From Seison nebaliae (Eukaryota), in assembly GCA_023231475.1 (NCBI GenBank), contig JALJEE010003232.1, positions 52,615 through 72,614 on the forward strand: DNA of 20,000 nucleotides, in the 5' to 3' direction. Positions within the stretch are counted from its first letter, which is position 1. Each line of letters starts with the position of its first letter. Below are positions 1-11,231 of this stretch, in pieces. The notes below the pieces were generated by a model. That model was not told the DNA's origin, did not search any database, and saw only the letters and a program-made list of their open reading frames with translations. Position numbers and translations under genes: made by a program.

Positions 1-1
1 T

Positions 2-100
2 GAACATTTAGAAAAAGAGAACAATTTGAGAGATATTATTGCGGAAAATAATTTTGATGAAATAAAAAAGGAAACGCGGGAAAATTTCGTTTATTACTGA
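2..100 (+). CDS. Possible 3' end of an upstream gene (partial), convergent with piwi
   Basis: Frame 2 is open from the window edge: EHLEKENNLRDIIAENNFDEIKKETRENFVYY, then TGA at 98-100. Purine-rich and coding-like, but no recognisable motif. Confidence 0.4.
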   Translation, partial: EHLEKENNLRDIIAENNFDEIKKETRENFVYY

Positions 101-195
101 GGAGGAATTATATGAAATTGTATAAAAAAAATTGTTGAGAATAAGTTTCTTTACAAAAGGAAGAGATTTTTGAGAGATAAAACAAAAGTAAAAAA

Positions 196-3138
196 TCATA
201 AGTAAAATAATTTGTCTTGTAATTCAGGTCGAGGTACGTTCTGAAGGACTTGACCGACCATCGACGCTAATCGATGAGCGAATTGACAAGGAGCTGGAAC
301 ACTGATACTTCCCGGCCAATTGTAATAAAGAAATGACATTTTGTACGCCATCTGTTGAAGGAAATTGACTGATGCTGTCGATTTGTTGAGGAGTACGGTA
401 TAATGAGTGGGTGATACAGTTCCTTGGTTTTTGCATTGAGAAACGAGAAAGAAATCCATCCACGTTTCACTCGTTATCGAATGATCAACAATCATTCCAG
501 GTAATGGATTGACCAATCTTTCATTTCTTCCACAATTATTTTGTCGTCGATTATTATTGTTCATATTGTTATTATTGTTATTAATTCGTAATAATCTATG
601 ATTAATTCTTTTATTAATAATTATATATGAAATTTCGGGCGGATTTCGACCATATTCTTTATATAATTCATTCACCATATGTACAAATGGTTCACATTCA
701 TTTTTTCTCACTTTTATGAAATTTTGTTCGCCAATTCCATCACGATAAAATAATATAAATGCTGGTAAACGACCATTCGAACGTTGCATATACATTTCCA
801 AAGCTTTTCTCCCACATTTCTTCAATTCGTCAACAATTTCCGTTTTTGGCGGTTGAAATGCCACTTGCGAATACCATTCGGTGAATCTGGGATTTAATGA
901 ACTAACAATTCCAGCTACTGACGGTTTCTTCATACCAGGACCATGATGATACACGTCCATACCGAATGCCATCAAACCATCAGATGGTAATTGGACCGCC
1001 CAACTGGCACCACCCAATTTACAATTAATTTGTAGAATAATATTTTGCACAATTGTTCGAACTGTTTTTTTCGTCACTATCGTCGCGCCTAATACGACTT
1101 GTGATGGGATTGCATTTTCCGTGCACAAAACACGTTTAACGGCCGCATAACGATCTTCTCGTTGTGATGGGAAGAAAATGACGATAAAATCCGGTTTCTT
1201 ATCTACCATCTTTCTCAAAACATCGACATAACAAGCCGTTTGATCACTAGGTAATAATTGACGGAATGGTTGAGAATAAGAAATTCCCAAACGAGCCGAA
1301 CTTTGAGAATAAAATTCACAAAATTTTTTCGCTGCCGTTTCGTCCCGTCTCGTATAGAGAATGATCCAACGATTCTTTTGGACCACGGTATGTGCCGCAC
1401 CTTCCATTCGAACCCAATCATTTCTTTCATTATTAATTAATTGTCGTTTATTATTTCCAAAAATGACATTTTCATGTGGGAGAATTCTCGCATTCAAATC
1501 TAAAAGATTTGTTCCAATTTTCATATTCCAATCTGATAACATTTTCTTCGCTTCTGGAGTTGTATTCACATTTCTCGCAAACGACAATAATGCTTGTTGA
1601 CGTTGTTCCGGTCTCAATTGTAAATGTCCCGCCAAATCTTTCATACATCGACGATCAGATCGAAGACTTTCTCGCAATCCTGACATTCTCATTAATTCAG
1701 GAATGAGAATTATCGGTTCGGAAACGGGAGTTGATTTTGTCGATTGATTTTGTTTCATCACTTTCATTTTCGGATAATGTACAAATAATGGTTGATTCAT
1801 ATCTCCCAATGTTATATTATATTGTTTCTTATAATATTCTTGGAATGTAATCATTCGATCTTTAATGATGAAACCACCAGTTGGATTCTTCTCCCAATCA
1901 ATTTCATCAATTTTATAAATTCGATTATTATACACCGAAACGATTGTACAACCAATCAACACTTTCTCACACTCATCACGAAATAAACTTTTATCACGAA
2001 CAGATTGATAAATCGATTTCATCACGTCTAAACACGTCTCCATATTCAATACACGATGAGAGACGTCTAATTTCAATAATAATCCTTCAGGACGATTGTG
2101 CACTTTAGCCACATAACCCGGCCAGATCTCCAATTTATGTTGAGGAATACTAATCGGATGCTTATAATCGTAGAGACCTTTGCCCATCGGTAACATTTGT
2201 AATTTCTCCATGACACGTCGGAAAAGTGTATTGAAAAAATGTTCGGAAATTGAATCGGTTCGATTTTTCACCGCTTGAATCATCACACGATATTTGTCAT
2301 CGTCAATTTCGATCGTTTCACTAATTAAATTCCTTCCCAAATCTCTTGGAATATACAAATTAGTTCCATCATAATGCTTCACTAAGCCCAGACCTTTGTC
2401 TTGTTTTTCAAAAATTTTATTAATTAATAAATTTCGAAAACGAATATTTTCTATCATCGGATCGAATTGAATGGAATAAACGAAAATACTATTAATATTA
2501 TTTTCGAATTGAATTGGCAGAAAATTACATTGAATTGGAATTTCACTTCCACCCGTACCACGACAATCTTCCGGTTTCTCTTCATCTTTATACCGTTCCA
2601 TAATACTGTCAGTCGCTTCAAATAAAGATTTTGTACATTTCTCCGATTGAAATGTCAGAGCACTATCGTCACTCTTCGTTACTGTTGTTGTTGTTGTCGT
2701 TTTCTCCGGATTAGTCACTTGATAATTTGTAATTTTTTTCACCGTTTCCATTTCAATTTCAAAATCCATTTCTTCCACTTCTGGTTCTTTGGTGATTGAT
2801 GGGAATAATGCTGGATCGATATTCATATCTTCCCTCATCACTGGCATCGGTAAATGATCCACATCAAATTTCATCTTTTTATTATTCATCAATCGTTGAA
2901 TCATCAACATTTTCGTCATTTTTGTTGTATCTTCCGACGATTCCGTTTCATGGATCGAATGTTTCCTTGATACTTTAATTGAAGCATCAGATGGTGACGG
3001 TGTCGGTTCTTCCTGAACATTATTTTTTAATTCAGGTGTCGATGTTTCCACAACATTCGCTTTTTGTTCTTGTTCATATTTCCGTTGACGCTCCTCTTTC
3101 TCTTTCTTTAACTTCCTTAACAAACTCAACTTTTCCAT
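196..3138 (-). CDS. piwi: PIWI-clade Argonaute (Piwi/Aubergine-like), 980 aa, single coding exon
   Basis: PIWI-clade motifs: IPQHKLEIWPGY, LDVSHRVL, PAZ region (YNNRIYKIDEIDWEKNP; EYYKKQYNI; LIPELMRMSG), MID pocket (RYAAVKR, PSQVV, QINCKLGG), slicer tetrad residues GMDVYH / KTEIVD / YRDGIGE / FAHRLA, QGTVSPTHY, YYNWPGSISVPAPCQFAH and C-terminal LFYL. Confidence 0.97.
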   Translation of the reverse strand: MEKLSLLRKLKKEKEERQRKYEQEQKANVVETSTPELKNNVQEEPTPSPSDASIKVSRKHSIHETESSEDTTKMTKMLMIQRLMNNKKMKFDVDHLPMPVMREDMNIDPALFPSITKEPEVEEMDFEIEMETVKKITNYQVTNPEKTTTTTTVTKSDDSALTFQSEKCTKSLFEATDSIMERYKDEEKPEDCRGTGGSEIPIQCNFLPIQFENNINSIFVYSIQFDPMIENIRFRNLLINKIFEKQDKGLGLVKHYDGTNLYIPRDLGRNLISETIEIDDDKYRVMIQAVKNRTDSISEHFFNTLFRRVMEKLQMLPMGKGLYDYKHPISIPQHKLEIWPGYVAKVHNRPEGLLLKLDVSHRVLNMETCLDVMKSIYQSVRDKSLFRDECEKVLIGCTIVSVYNNRIYKIDEIDWEKNPTGGFIIKDRMITFQEYYKKQYNITLGDMNQPLFVHYPKMKVMKQNQSTKSTPVSEPIILIPELMRMSGLRESLRSDRRCMKDLAGHLQLRPEQRQQALLSFARNVNTTPEAKKMLSDWNMKIGTNLLDLNARILPHENVIFGNNKRQLINNERNDWVRMEGAAHTVVQKNRWIILYTRRDETAAKKFCEFYSQSSARLGISYSQPFRQLLPSDQTACYVDVLRKMVDKKPDFIVIFFPSQREDRYAAVKRVLCTENAIPSQVVLGATIVTKKTVRTIVQNIILQINCKLGGASWAVQLPSDGLMAFGMDVYHHGPGMKKPSVAGIVSSLNPRFTEWYSQVAFQPPKTEIVDELKKCGRKALEMYMQRSNGRLPAFILFYRDGIGEQNFIKVRKNECEPFVHMVNELYKEYGRNPPEISYIIINKRINHRLLRINNNNNNMNNNNRRQNNCGRNERLVNPLPGMIVDHSITSETWMDFFLVSQCKNQGTVSPTHYTVLLNKSTASVNFLQQMAYKMSFLYYNWPGSISVPAPCQFAHRLASMVGQVLQNVPRPELQDKLFYL

Positions 3139-3438
3139 TTTAGTTCTGAATCAGTAAGATCACAGAGAATGAGATATCTGGATTGAAGAGCAATGTCAAT
3201 TACCCATGTGCAAATTCAAATAGTTACCGGATTCTCTTAAGAATTCTACGAGTATTAGAAACTTCTCAATTAATTTTTCAATTTCAAATTTTTAGTTTTC
3301 TCTCTCACCGTTTTCAATTGATATTATTCTCTGCATAATAATAAACAATGATCATTTTTATTAGTTTTTTCCCATTCATTCCATCATTATTCGAAAGAGA
3401 AGAAGATATTTTTATTCCTTTCATATTTCATCCATAAA
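3139..3438. promoter_or_regulatory. Short divergent (probably bidirectional) promoter region between piwi and the coiled-coil orphan
   Basis: Only 300 bp separate the two divergent ATGs (3138 on -, 3439 on +). Positional inference; no specific motif identified. Confidence 0.4.
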
Positions 3439-4221
3439 ATGAGTCGTTTATTACGAACGAAAAAAGAAAAGATAGCAAAAGTGTTTAATAATAAACAAGT
3501 TACTGATAGTTTCGTTGACATCTTCACCGAAATGGCGATCGATGAGAAACTGTCTAAAAAGAATTTGAAAAATAGGAAAAAATTGGTTATTCTTTATTTC
3601 CTCTTTAACATCGTCTCAATATCATTTAACATTTAATTAATTTTTATAAAAAATAATTATAAATATAATTTAATCTATTAATTAATAAATTAAATATAAT
3701 ATTAAGCTTCCTAATTTATTTGTCCATCATAGTTTTGGAAATTTATTATTATTCTTTCTTCCATATTAGTATAGTTTGAGAGATCTGAGAACGAAATGGA
3801 TAGCAGCTGTGGAATCCACTCAAATCTTAAAAAGGAAATTGAAGCAGAATGAGGACGAGAAGAAATTGTTGGAGGAGGAAATAAAAAATTTGAATAGGAA
3901 ATTGAAAGGCTTAACCGAACAGAATGACCTGTATAGTACTATGATTGGTTAAACTTTTCGACACTTTTTACTTGCATTCAAATTACATTATTCAATTGAT
4001 ATTAATTAGATATGGACGGTTATAATTGTAATATAATCGACCTATGTAAAATGTACAAAGAGGAGAACAAGAAATTGTTTATTGAATTAAAAAAAGTTTT
4101 AAGATTATTTCCAACGAGTTTTATCAAACTTCTTCTCATTTAGACGAAGGAAATGTTCCATAAAAATGATATCTGCTCAGCCATTACCTCGACTCACAAA
4201 TCGAAATCGACTCAATCTTAA
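3439..4221 (+). CDS. Uncharacterised ~162-aa coiled-coil protein; exons 3439-3585, 3770-3947, 4010-4095, 4144-4221
   Basis: Three GT-AG introns (184, 62, 48 nt; donors GTTATT, GTTAAA, GTTTTA) join phase-compatible exons into one frame: ...NRKKL|YSLRDLRTKWIAAVESTQILKRKLKQNEDEKKLLEEEIKNLNRKLKGLTEQNDLYSTMID|MDGYNCNIIDLCKMYKEENKKLFIELKK|TKEMFHKND...STQS*. Heptad-like K/E/L pattern. Confidence 0.7.
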
Positions 4222-6976
4222 ATGATCGTATCGTTATTAGTATGGAGAGTATCGTTCTTCTTCCAATCAGTTCCATTATCAATTTTATCTTTGAAAACCA
4301 TTTCGGGTATCGTCGTCGAATTGGGAACGATGACCATGAGGAGAAGTGTGAGGAAGATTGTTAGAAAGAGAAATACCCAAAAGAGAATACGATCTACAAT
4401 GGCAGCAATCTTCTTCCATTCCTCCACATTGATCGTTGAGATTTCCTGCAATTCTTCTTTCTTTATTAAACGTTTCAATAATTTCACTAATTCTTTTCTC
4501 GTTTCAAACGCTTCCTCATTCTTTGACGATTTATTTCCTGATAATTCATATTCGTCAGACGACGACGGTGCTTGTTGTTTCCAATTCTTTTTTCTCAATT
4601 TCTTCTGATTCTTTTTCAAATCCGAATGATATTTTCCCGATTTATCTGTCAAATAATTTGCATCTGTTATATTCTCCATTGTCATGGCAACGGCTAATGA
4701 CTTGAGATCTTTTAAAAGATTCGTCGATGATGATATACTCGATTTGGATGTTCGTCTTTCCGAATTATTCGGCTCGTTATATTTGAGATAAGTCGACGGA
4801 ATCTCATTCGATTGTTTCGATTGACGATTTATATCGTTGTTGCATAATTGAGGTATATGTGGCGATGGGGAATTATTGAAGAATTTGACTTTGGTTGATT
4901 TTGATTGATGTGCAGATGTATTGTCAGAGATCGATATCGGTTCATTGATCGGTTTGATATCGTATCGTTGCATATATTCTGTACCGGCCAAAACGCTGTT
5001 ATTAAGGAAAGAAATATTTTTACTTTTCTTATTCGACATGTTATTGATGAAAAGACTTTCTCGAATTTTCGCTTTTGTCGTTTGTTTCTCTAAATTTACG
5101 ACTTTTTTATTCACATGATTATTTTGATAGATTGTGGAATTGGAGATGGTATTACAATCGATTAATAGATCAACTGATTTCTCATCTTCCACATCGATAT
5201 TAGTCAATAATGGTGCATTCTGCATATTGCTATTACTTCCATGATTAATATGATGATTATAATAAGTTTGAACGAAATCGGACTTCTTGTGGACAATTTG
5301 ATTTTTATTCAAAAAAAATCGTCTCACCCAATCTGGTGGAGCTTTTGCATTCGTCTCGTTTGGAGAATGATGATGTAAATTTAATACCCAAACTGTCATC
5401 ACAACTGATATACTCGTCATCGCCATAACCACTGTGAGATAGACGGATATCAATGGGACATATTCACTCGTTTCCGGCATGTTCTCAGCAATCGCCAACA
5501 TAAACACAGAAAATGCCAAGAGAACTGTTATACCTAAAGCGATTTTTTCACCTGAATCTGGCGGTAAACAAAAAACGAGCAATGTCAATGCAGATAACAT
5601 AATGCACGGTACCACCACATTAGTCAAATAATATCTATAAGAAAATTTATTAATTTTTTTTTGAAAAATTCCCAACAATATTCGTCGACGAATTACGATA
5701 TAAAACCGGATATCTGGATATGGTTCCTTGCAACACGGATACCTGACCACATTACGAACAACATCCGCTTGTAAAATATCCCATTCTCCATTTGGCAGAT
5801 AATTCTTGAGATCAACATCTGGACTCCTTTTCGCTATATCGACCTAGAGAATTAGGAAAATTTTTAAAATTTGTAAAATTAAAAAATTCTAACTTGAAAA
5901 CCATCATAAGTCCATGATCCAAATTTCAAGTGACAGACTTGATAGTCGAATGGGAAATATGTAACATCGACTTTACAAGAACTCTGCAATTTGGTTGGGA
6001 TTGGCCAGAAAACCGTTCCGTTATTTCTCACCATCACATTCGCTTCCATAACTCCGTCAGTAAAATCGGCAGCGCTAAAAAAGGAAAATTGAAAGGTTTG
6101 GGAATATTTAAGGAAGAGGAAACTTATTATACAGAACGATATCGGGTAGCCAAATCTTCTTACACGGCAATCGAAGAACCGTCAAATTGTTATACTCGTC
6201 GGGATTCCATACGAGAAATTCGTCGTCCCATTCCTGATCTAACCACACGTTCGTTACTAAGACTTGATTCTTTTCATCCTACAATAATTTGTTCATGAAT
6301 AATTATCAACTTTTCAATGATTAGGAACCATATCAAAAATTTGAGTTAATGTCAATCCCAAACGGATAGTAACGGTTGTTCGAGCATTCCATACCGGTCG
6401 AACTGATCGTTCATATTGTCTAAAAATGATTAATATTATTATTTAATAATTTTTAAATTTTAGAATTGAAGATTAATAAAGAAAGAACTCGAGAATGTTA
6501 TACATTAATCGTTGTTCGTCAGGCACTTCTGATTTATTTTTAACTTTCGAAATTAAATCGTCGTTTTTTAAAAATTTTTTCTTTTTAATATTTCGTTTCG
6601 ATCTCGATACGAATTTCTTCGAAAGATCAATGAAATTTTGGAATTGCTGAAGAATTTCATGATCATCCAATAACTTCTGACGATATTCCCTCATGAATTT
6701 TACATTCATTTTCAGTCGTTTCAAAACGTCAAATCGTTTCAATTTCAATTCGACCATTCCTTCGTTCTCATTGATCAATTGATTGAGATATAAGAGATAT
6801 TCCCGATCATTATTTGTGGAGTTGAGACAATATTCATATTTCTTCTCTAATTCCACTTGTTTATTGGAATACCAATCGAAATAGGTTTGGAAGTTCATCT
6901 CGTGATTATTCGTTCTCACGTAATTGGTGGAGAAGGAGGAGAATAGAATATGGATAATCAGATGAATGAAATTCAT
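4218..6976 (-). CDS. Nicotinic acetylcholine receptor alpha subunit (Cys-loop, cation-type, alpha9/alpha10-like), ~832 aa; exons 6976-6489, 6419-6329, 6278-6124, 6074-5894, 5843-5677, 5634-4218
   Basis: Spliced sequence gives DEQRL..YERSVRPV, DEKNQVLVTNVWLDQEW, WLPDIVLYNN (loop A), Cys-loop CKVDVTYFPFDYQVC, KFGSWTYDG (loop B), vicinal-Cys loop C YPCCKEPYPD (alpha hallmark), M1-M2 PPDSGEKIALGITVLLAFSVF, M3, a long cytoplasmic loop and EEWKKIAAIVDRILFWVF (M4). All five introns (69, 50, 49, 50, 42 nt) are phase-consistent; total 2499 nt. Confidence 0.95.
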
Positions 6977-9900
6977 TGTGAAAATGTTATTCAATTGGTT
7001 TAAACGATATCAGTGGATGCATTATTATTATCTGTCTCATTTAAATCGCGTAATATGATTCTAAGGAGGAGAATTAATGAATAAAAGGAATGATAATGAA
7101 AAGAATAAGATAAATATTTGCCGAAAATTTCCGTATGAATGGCGAATTGACGCAGTAGAGCAACGATATGTAAATGAGAATATAATTCGATCAGAATTCA
7201 GATTCGTTCTCTTCTCAATGGTGAAGTAATCTTGAGAAATTTCCATTCAATATTTTATGTCAAGAAAAAAAAACTGAAAAATTGACTTTCTTCCTAAACA
7301 TCATCCCTTTTAAGATAATTGTCAAATAAACTAAAACTTGCCTCCATTAGACTTTGTCATTAACTTATGAATGGCATATAGAAATCCTTCTTGAAAGTAG
7401 AAGGACAAGAGACATTCCAATGAAATATTGTCATTTGATGTCACTGATCTATTTGGCGATGTCAGATAGTGTAAAGTTTATTCTTTTTTGGTTTCATTTC
7501 TTTCGTCCAAAAAAATAGAAAATAATATTCTCTCCAACAAAAAAAAAAGAGGAAGATAATCCAACATGAAATAATGTTTAATAAATAAATCTGATATCAT
7601 CCAACCGTCATACACACCGGTGACAGAAGTTAGTTATTTGGAAAAGGAATTATCGTATTTGAAAGAAGAAGAAAATATTTTGAAAATTTATTATCAATAT
7701 GAGAATGTTGAAAAATAATTGTGTAGGAATAATATAATGTCATAGAAATAATGTGGTGGATATTGATCCAGATATCGATTGAAGATCGAATAATTTTAGT
7801 CGAATGAATATAGAGTCGATTCTGCTTTTAATATTCTTTAATGAAGAGAAATATTGCGGAAATAGAAAATGAAGATTTTCTTTATTAAAATGGAAAGTAC
7901 GAGAATGGGGAGACGACGAAATGTATATGGGAAATTTTCCTTTTACAAAACGAACATTAGGAGACATATTACTAGTGCAGTAGTAATAGAGGACTAATAA
8001 ATTCTTTGTTGCTTATAAGGTAACAAATGCTAACAAGTGATGTGAACTAGATTTTCCTCGCTTAAATACATGGGAATGGGACGTGCACAAGGCAAAACAA
8101 TTCCTAACAGATTATACAATTCCACTATACTTTCTCCCGCAAACAATACAACAATGCGGGGAAGGAAAGAAAGGTTACATCTGATATTTAGAAAATATCT
8201 CTCGTATAATATTAGCGATTATTAAGTAAATGCCGGAGAGGCGAAAACAAACGAAGTAATCGAGTAAAGCCACCGGCCAAAAACACAGAAAAGTCAACTT
8301 TAGATAGGAATATGTTGGCGAGGGGAAAGAATTATAGTTCTCAATCCATTTCATTTACACGTAGAGGAGGATGTTGAGTAGACGATTATCCGAAATTTCT
8401 TAAATGCTCTACTCAGGGAATATGGAAGCCAATTAAGAAGAATGTGCCGTTACGTCGTATGAAGGAAATGAATGAGATTCGAATTGTTTATCGTTTAACA
8501 ATCTTCGTCATACGATTACATGATTGAATAACGAAGACACAATTGAGTTAACGAGCCATAAAAAAATGGAAAAGATGAAATTCATAACAAGTCTAATATT
8601 TCCTCTTATTGATTGGGATTTTCTGCCTTTTCAGCTATTTATCACAATACACAGAGCATTCTCGCTTTTATGGGGAAGATGGATATTTCAATTGCTTTTC
8701 CTGAATAATAACTGTCGTTTTGACGGTATGAATAACGATTCCATCATGGATGACTTGACGGGCATGATAGGTGGAGAATGAAGAGAAAAAATGTATTTGA
8801 ACGATTAAAGAAATCGAAGAAATATTCTCCGAAGTATTAACTCAACAAGTAGGAACGATTTGGAGAGGATTCACAATATTCTTCCATTTAATTATGATTA
8901 ATTCTCCAAGTTATCTTTTCCTGTGTTATAACTCGCATCTACATGACAGTTTTCAGGTATTATAATTAAAATTTATTGGAAATAATCAACTTCTTTTTTT
9001 GGCGAGAGGATAGAGTAAATCGAAAGAAATTTTCTAGTGTTCGAAACACCCACTTGAAAATTTACATAACTGAGAGGCTGGTGCTACCGGTTGTTGAGGG
9101 ACATTTACGTATAATTCTTTCCTCTCAACATTCTCATAGATAGTACCGGCAATCATGTGAATCAGAATATTGGAAGAGAAGTACTTTAATTTAATCATTA
9201 ATTCTCATTTCTATATTTATGCGTCATACCAACCAAAGTCATACAATCTTCTAATTACGTATAAGAACATAATTATCAATTTTAACAATTATCCAGGAAA
9301 TTCTGTGGGGGAAAGTAAGTGGAGAATTTGAAAGAATTATGAGTAAAATCTGGTAGTTTTTTCGTCATTTCTATTATCAAAAGACCTATCAATTCTCTTC
9401 TATTGTGTCAGTCGAATCGTTTGAATGAATTCATTTTCCCCATTATTTCTTCAGTAAATTAGTCGTCAATGAGAATTTATATATCCGTCTGTAAATTAGA
9501 GACTAAATAAATATTCGAACATACCTAATTAATTTTCTTTCTTCAAATCATCAAATTTTTATGAAACCGATAAATAATTTGGGAGAAAGACGAGGAAATA
9601 TGAGGTACATCGTTAACAATCGTGTAAATGAATTATATTGCATTACATTATTTCTCGACTGAATTGGACAGATGGATCGCAATCGAATCTACATGCCAAC
9701 AACCATGTGAAATTTTATTCTTTCATCACATTATCTTCCTGTATAATTCCGATATGACGTCCAATCATAATAGATACTGACATAAATTTAAATGCATTTT
9801 CGGTTGTAAATATAAAATAATTTTGTGCATCGTTAAAAGAATAACACGTATATAAAGATAAATCATACGACTACAAAACTTATGATGATTAGACAGTTGA

Positions 9901-10288
9901 TTTTACTGTTTATTTACCAGATTTTCCACAATTCCTTTTTCCCCCTAACATCAAAGAATCAGACAAAGTTAATTTATTTTCGAAACGTATTCAAGCATTT
10001 TTGATAAATGAATAAAAGTTTATTGATCTTCATTCCAAATGATTAATCGAACTAATACGAAATTCCTTCTCAATTCTTTTTCATTCTACTCACAAATAAC
10101 ATCTGTTTCGTATCTGGTTAACATGTAAGTTCTCTTACTTGTGAAAAGGAAATGTTCGAACGAAAAATAACTATTTCTCTGAATTGTGATGGTGTTGCTT
10201 CTCTTCTGAATTCTATGAGTGGAACGAAATAATTTCTGAAAATTCTACAAGCAAATTTTTTCGTTAAATAATTTTCATTAGCTAATGA

Positions 10289-10522
10289 AAAGGAGTGAGA
10301 ACAATTATCAAGAATTGGATTGATTATACTTTAGGGATTAATTTGAATAAGAGGTAATTAAAATAAGAAATTTTATTAATAAGAAAAAAATTTAATTTGA
10401 TTAGACATGTTTCATTGGAGGAATTGGAATACCGTAAAACTGGCGAGAAGGTTGAGGAGAAGAAATACATATCGTTTCCACTGTTCAACGATGAGAGTAT
10501 GTTGCAAAAGGGAAATAAATAA
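10289..10522 (+). CDS. Possible small two-exon ORF or gene remnant (5' end unresolved)
   Basis: A 51-nt GTAATT...TTAG intron (10354-10404) joins KGVRTIIKNWIDYTLGINLNKR to HVSLEELEYRKTGEKVEEKKYISFPLFNDESMLQKGNK*. The nearest ATG (10285) is one base out of frame. No homology recognised. Confidence 0.25.
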
Positions 10523-10628
10523 GAAATCGTGTGAAATGTACAAGAAACTATTGATTTTATTGTTTTAGCAGTTTTTTATCTGATTATTGTTAAGTAAAAA
10601 AATTTTAATTTCCTTAATGATATCATGA

Positions 10629-11075
<447 letters not shown>

Positions 11076-11231
11076 TTATTGACTAAATTACACTCCTTTC
11101 CAATAATATTAAAGAACACATAATACTAGGAAGTTTTGTTTTGAAAAGCAAATTACACAATCAAATTTCCCAATTCAAAATTTGAGTTCATCCACAAAAA
11201 TTATTATTAAATAATTAAAATTTTTATTTTT

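Noticed and set aside
224..2978. Short ORFs overlapping piwi on both strands (224-463, 267-470, 1215-1430, 1258-1706, 1792-2108, 2796-2978)
   Set aside because: Alternative-frame or antisense shadows of the piwi CDS with no recognisable motifs.
4222..6298. Plus-strand ORFs antisense to the nAChR (4222-4608, 4436-4705, 4905-5118, 5930-6298)
   Set aside because: Antisense shadows of conserved nAChR exons.
8375..8516. Short stems TGAGTAGA/TCTACTCA (with TAAATGC, a miR-277-like seed) and GTCGTATGA/TCATACGAT
   Set aside because: Only 8-9 bp of contiguous pairing, too little for a credible pre-miRNA without read data.
7061..8781. Short ORFs in the interval upstream of the nAChR (7061-7246, 7740-7967, 8524-8781 and an open stretch near 7580-7718)
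   Set aside because: No motifs and no phase-consistent exon chain found; compatible with chance in AT-rich DNA.
9789..9836. TAAATGCATTTTCGGTTGTA resembling miR-277
   Set aside because: It would lie on the 5' arm of a weak hairpin, whereas miR-277 matures from the 3' arm, and no complementary upstream arm exists.
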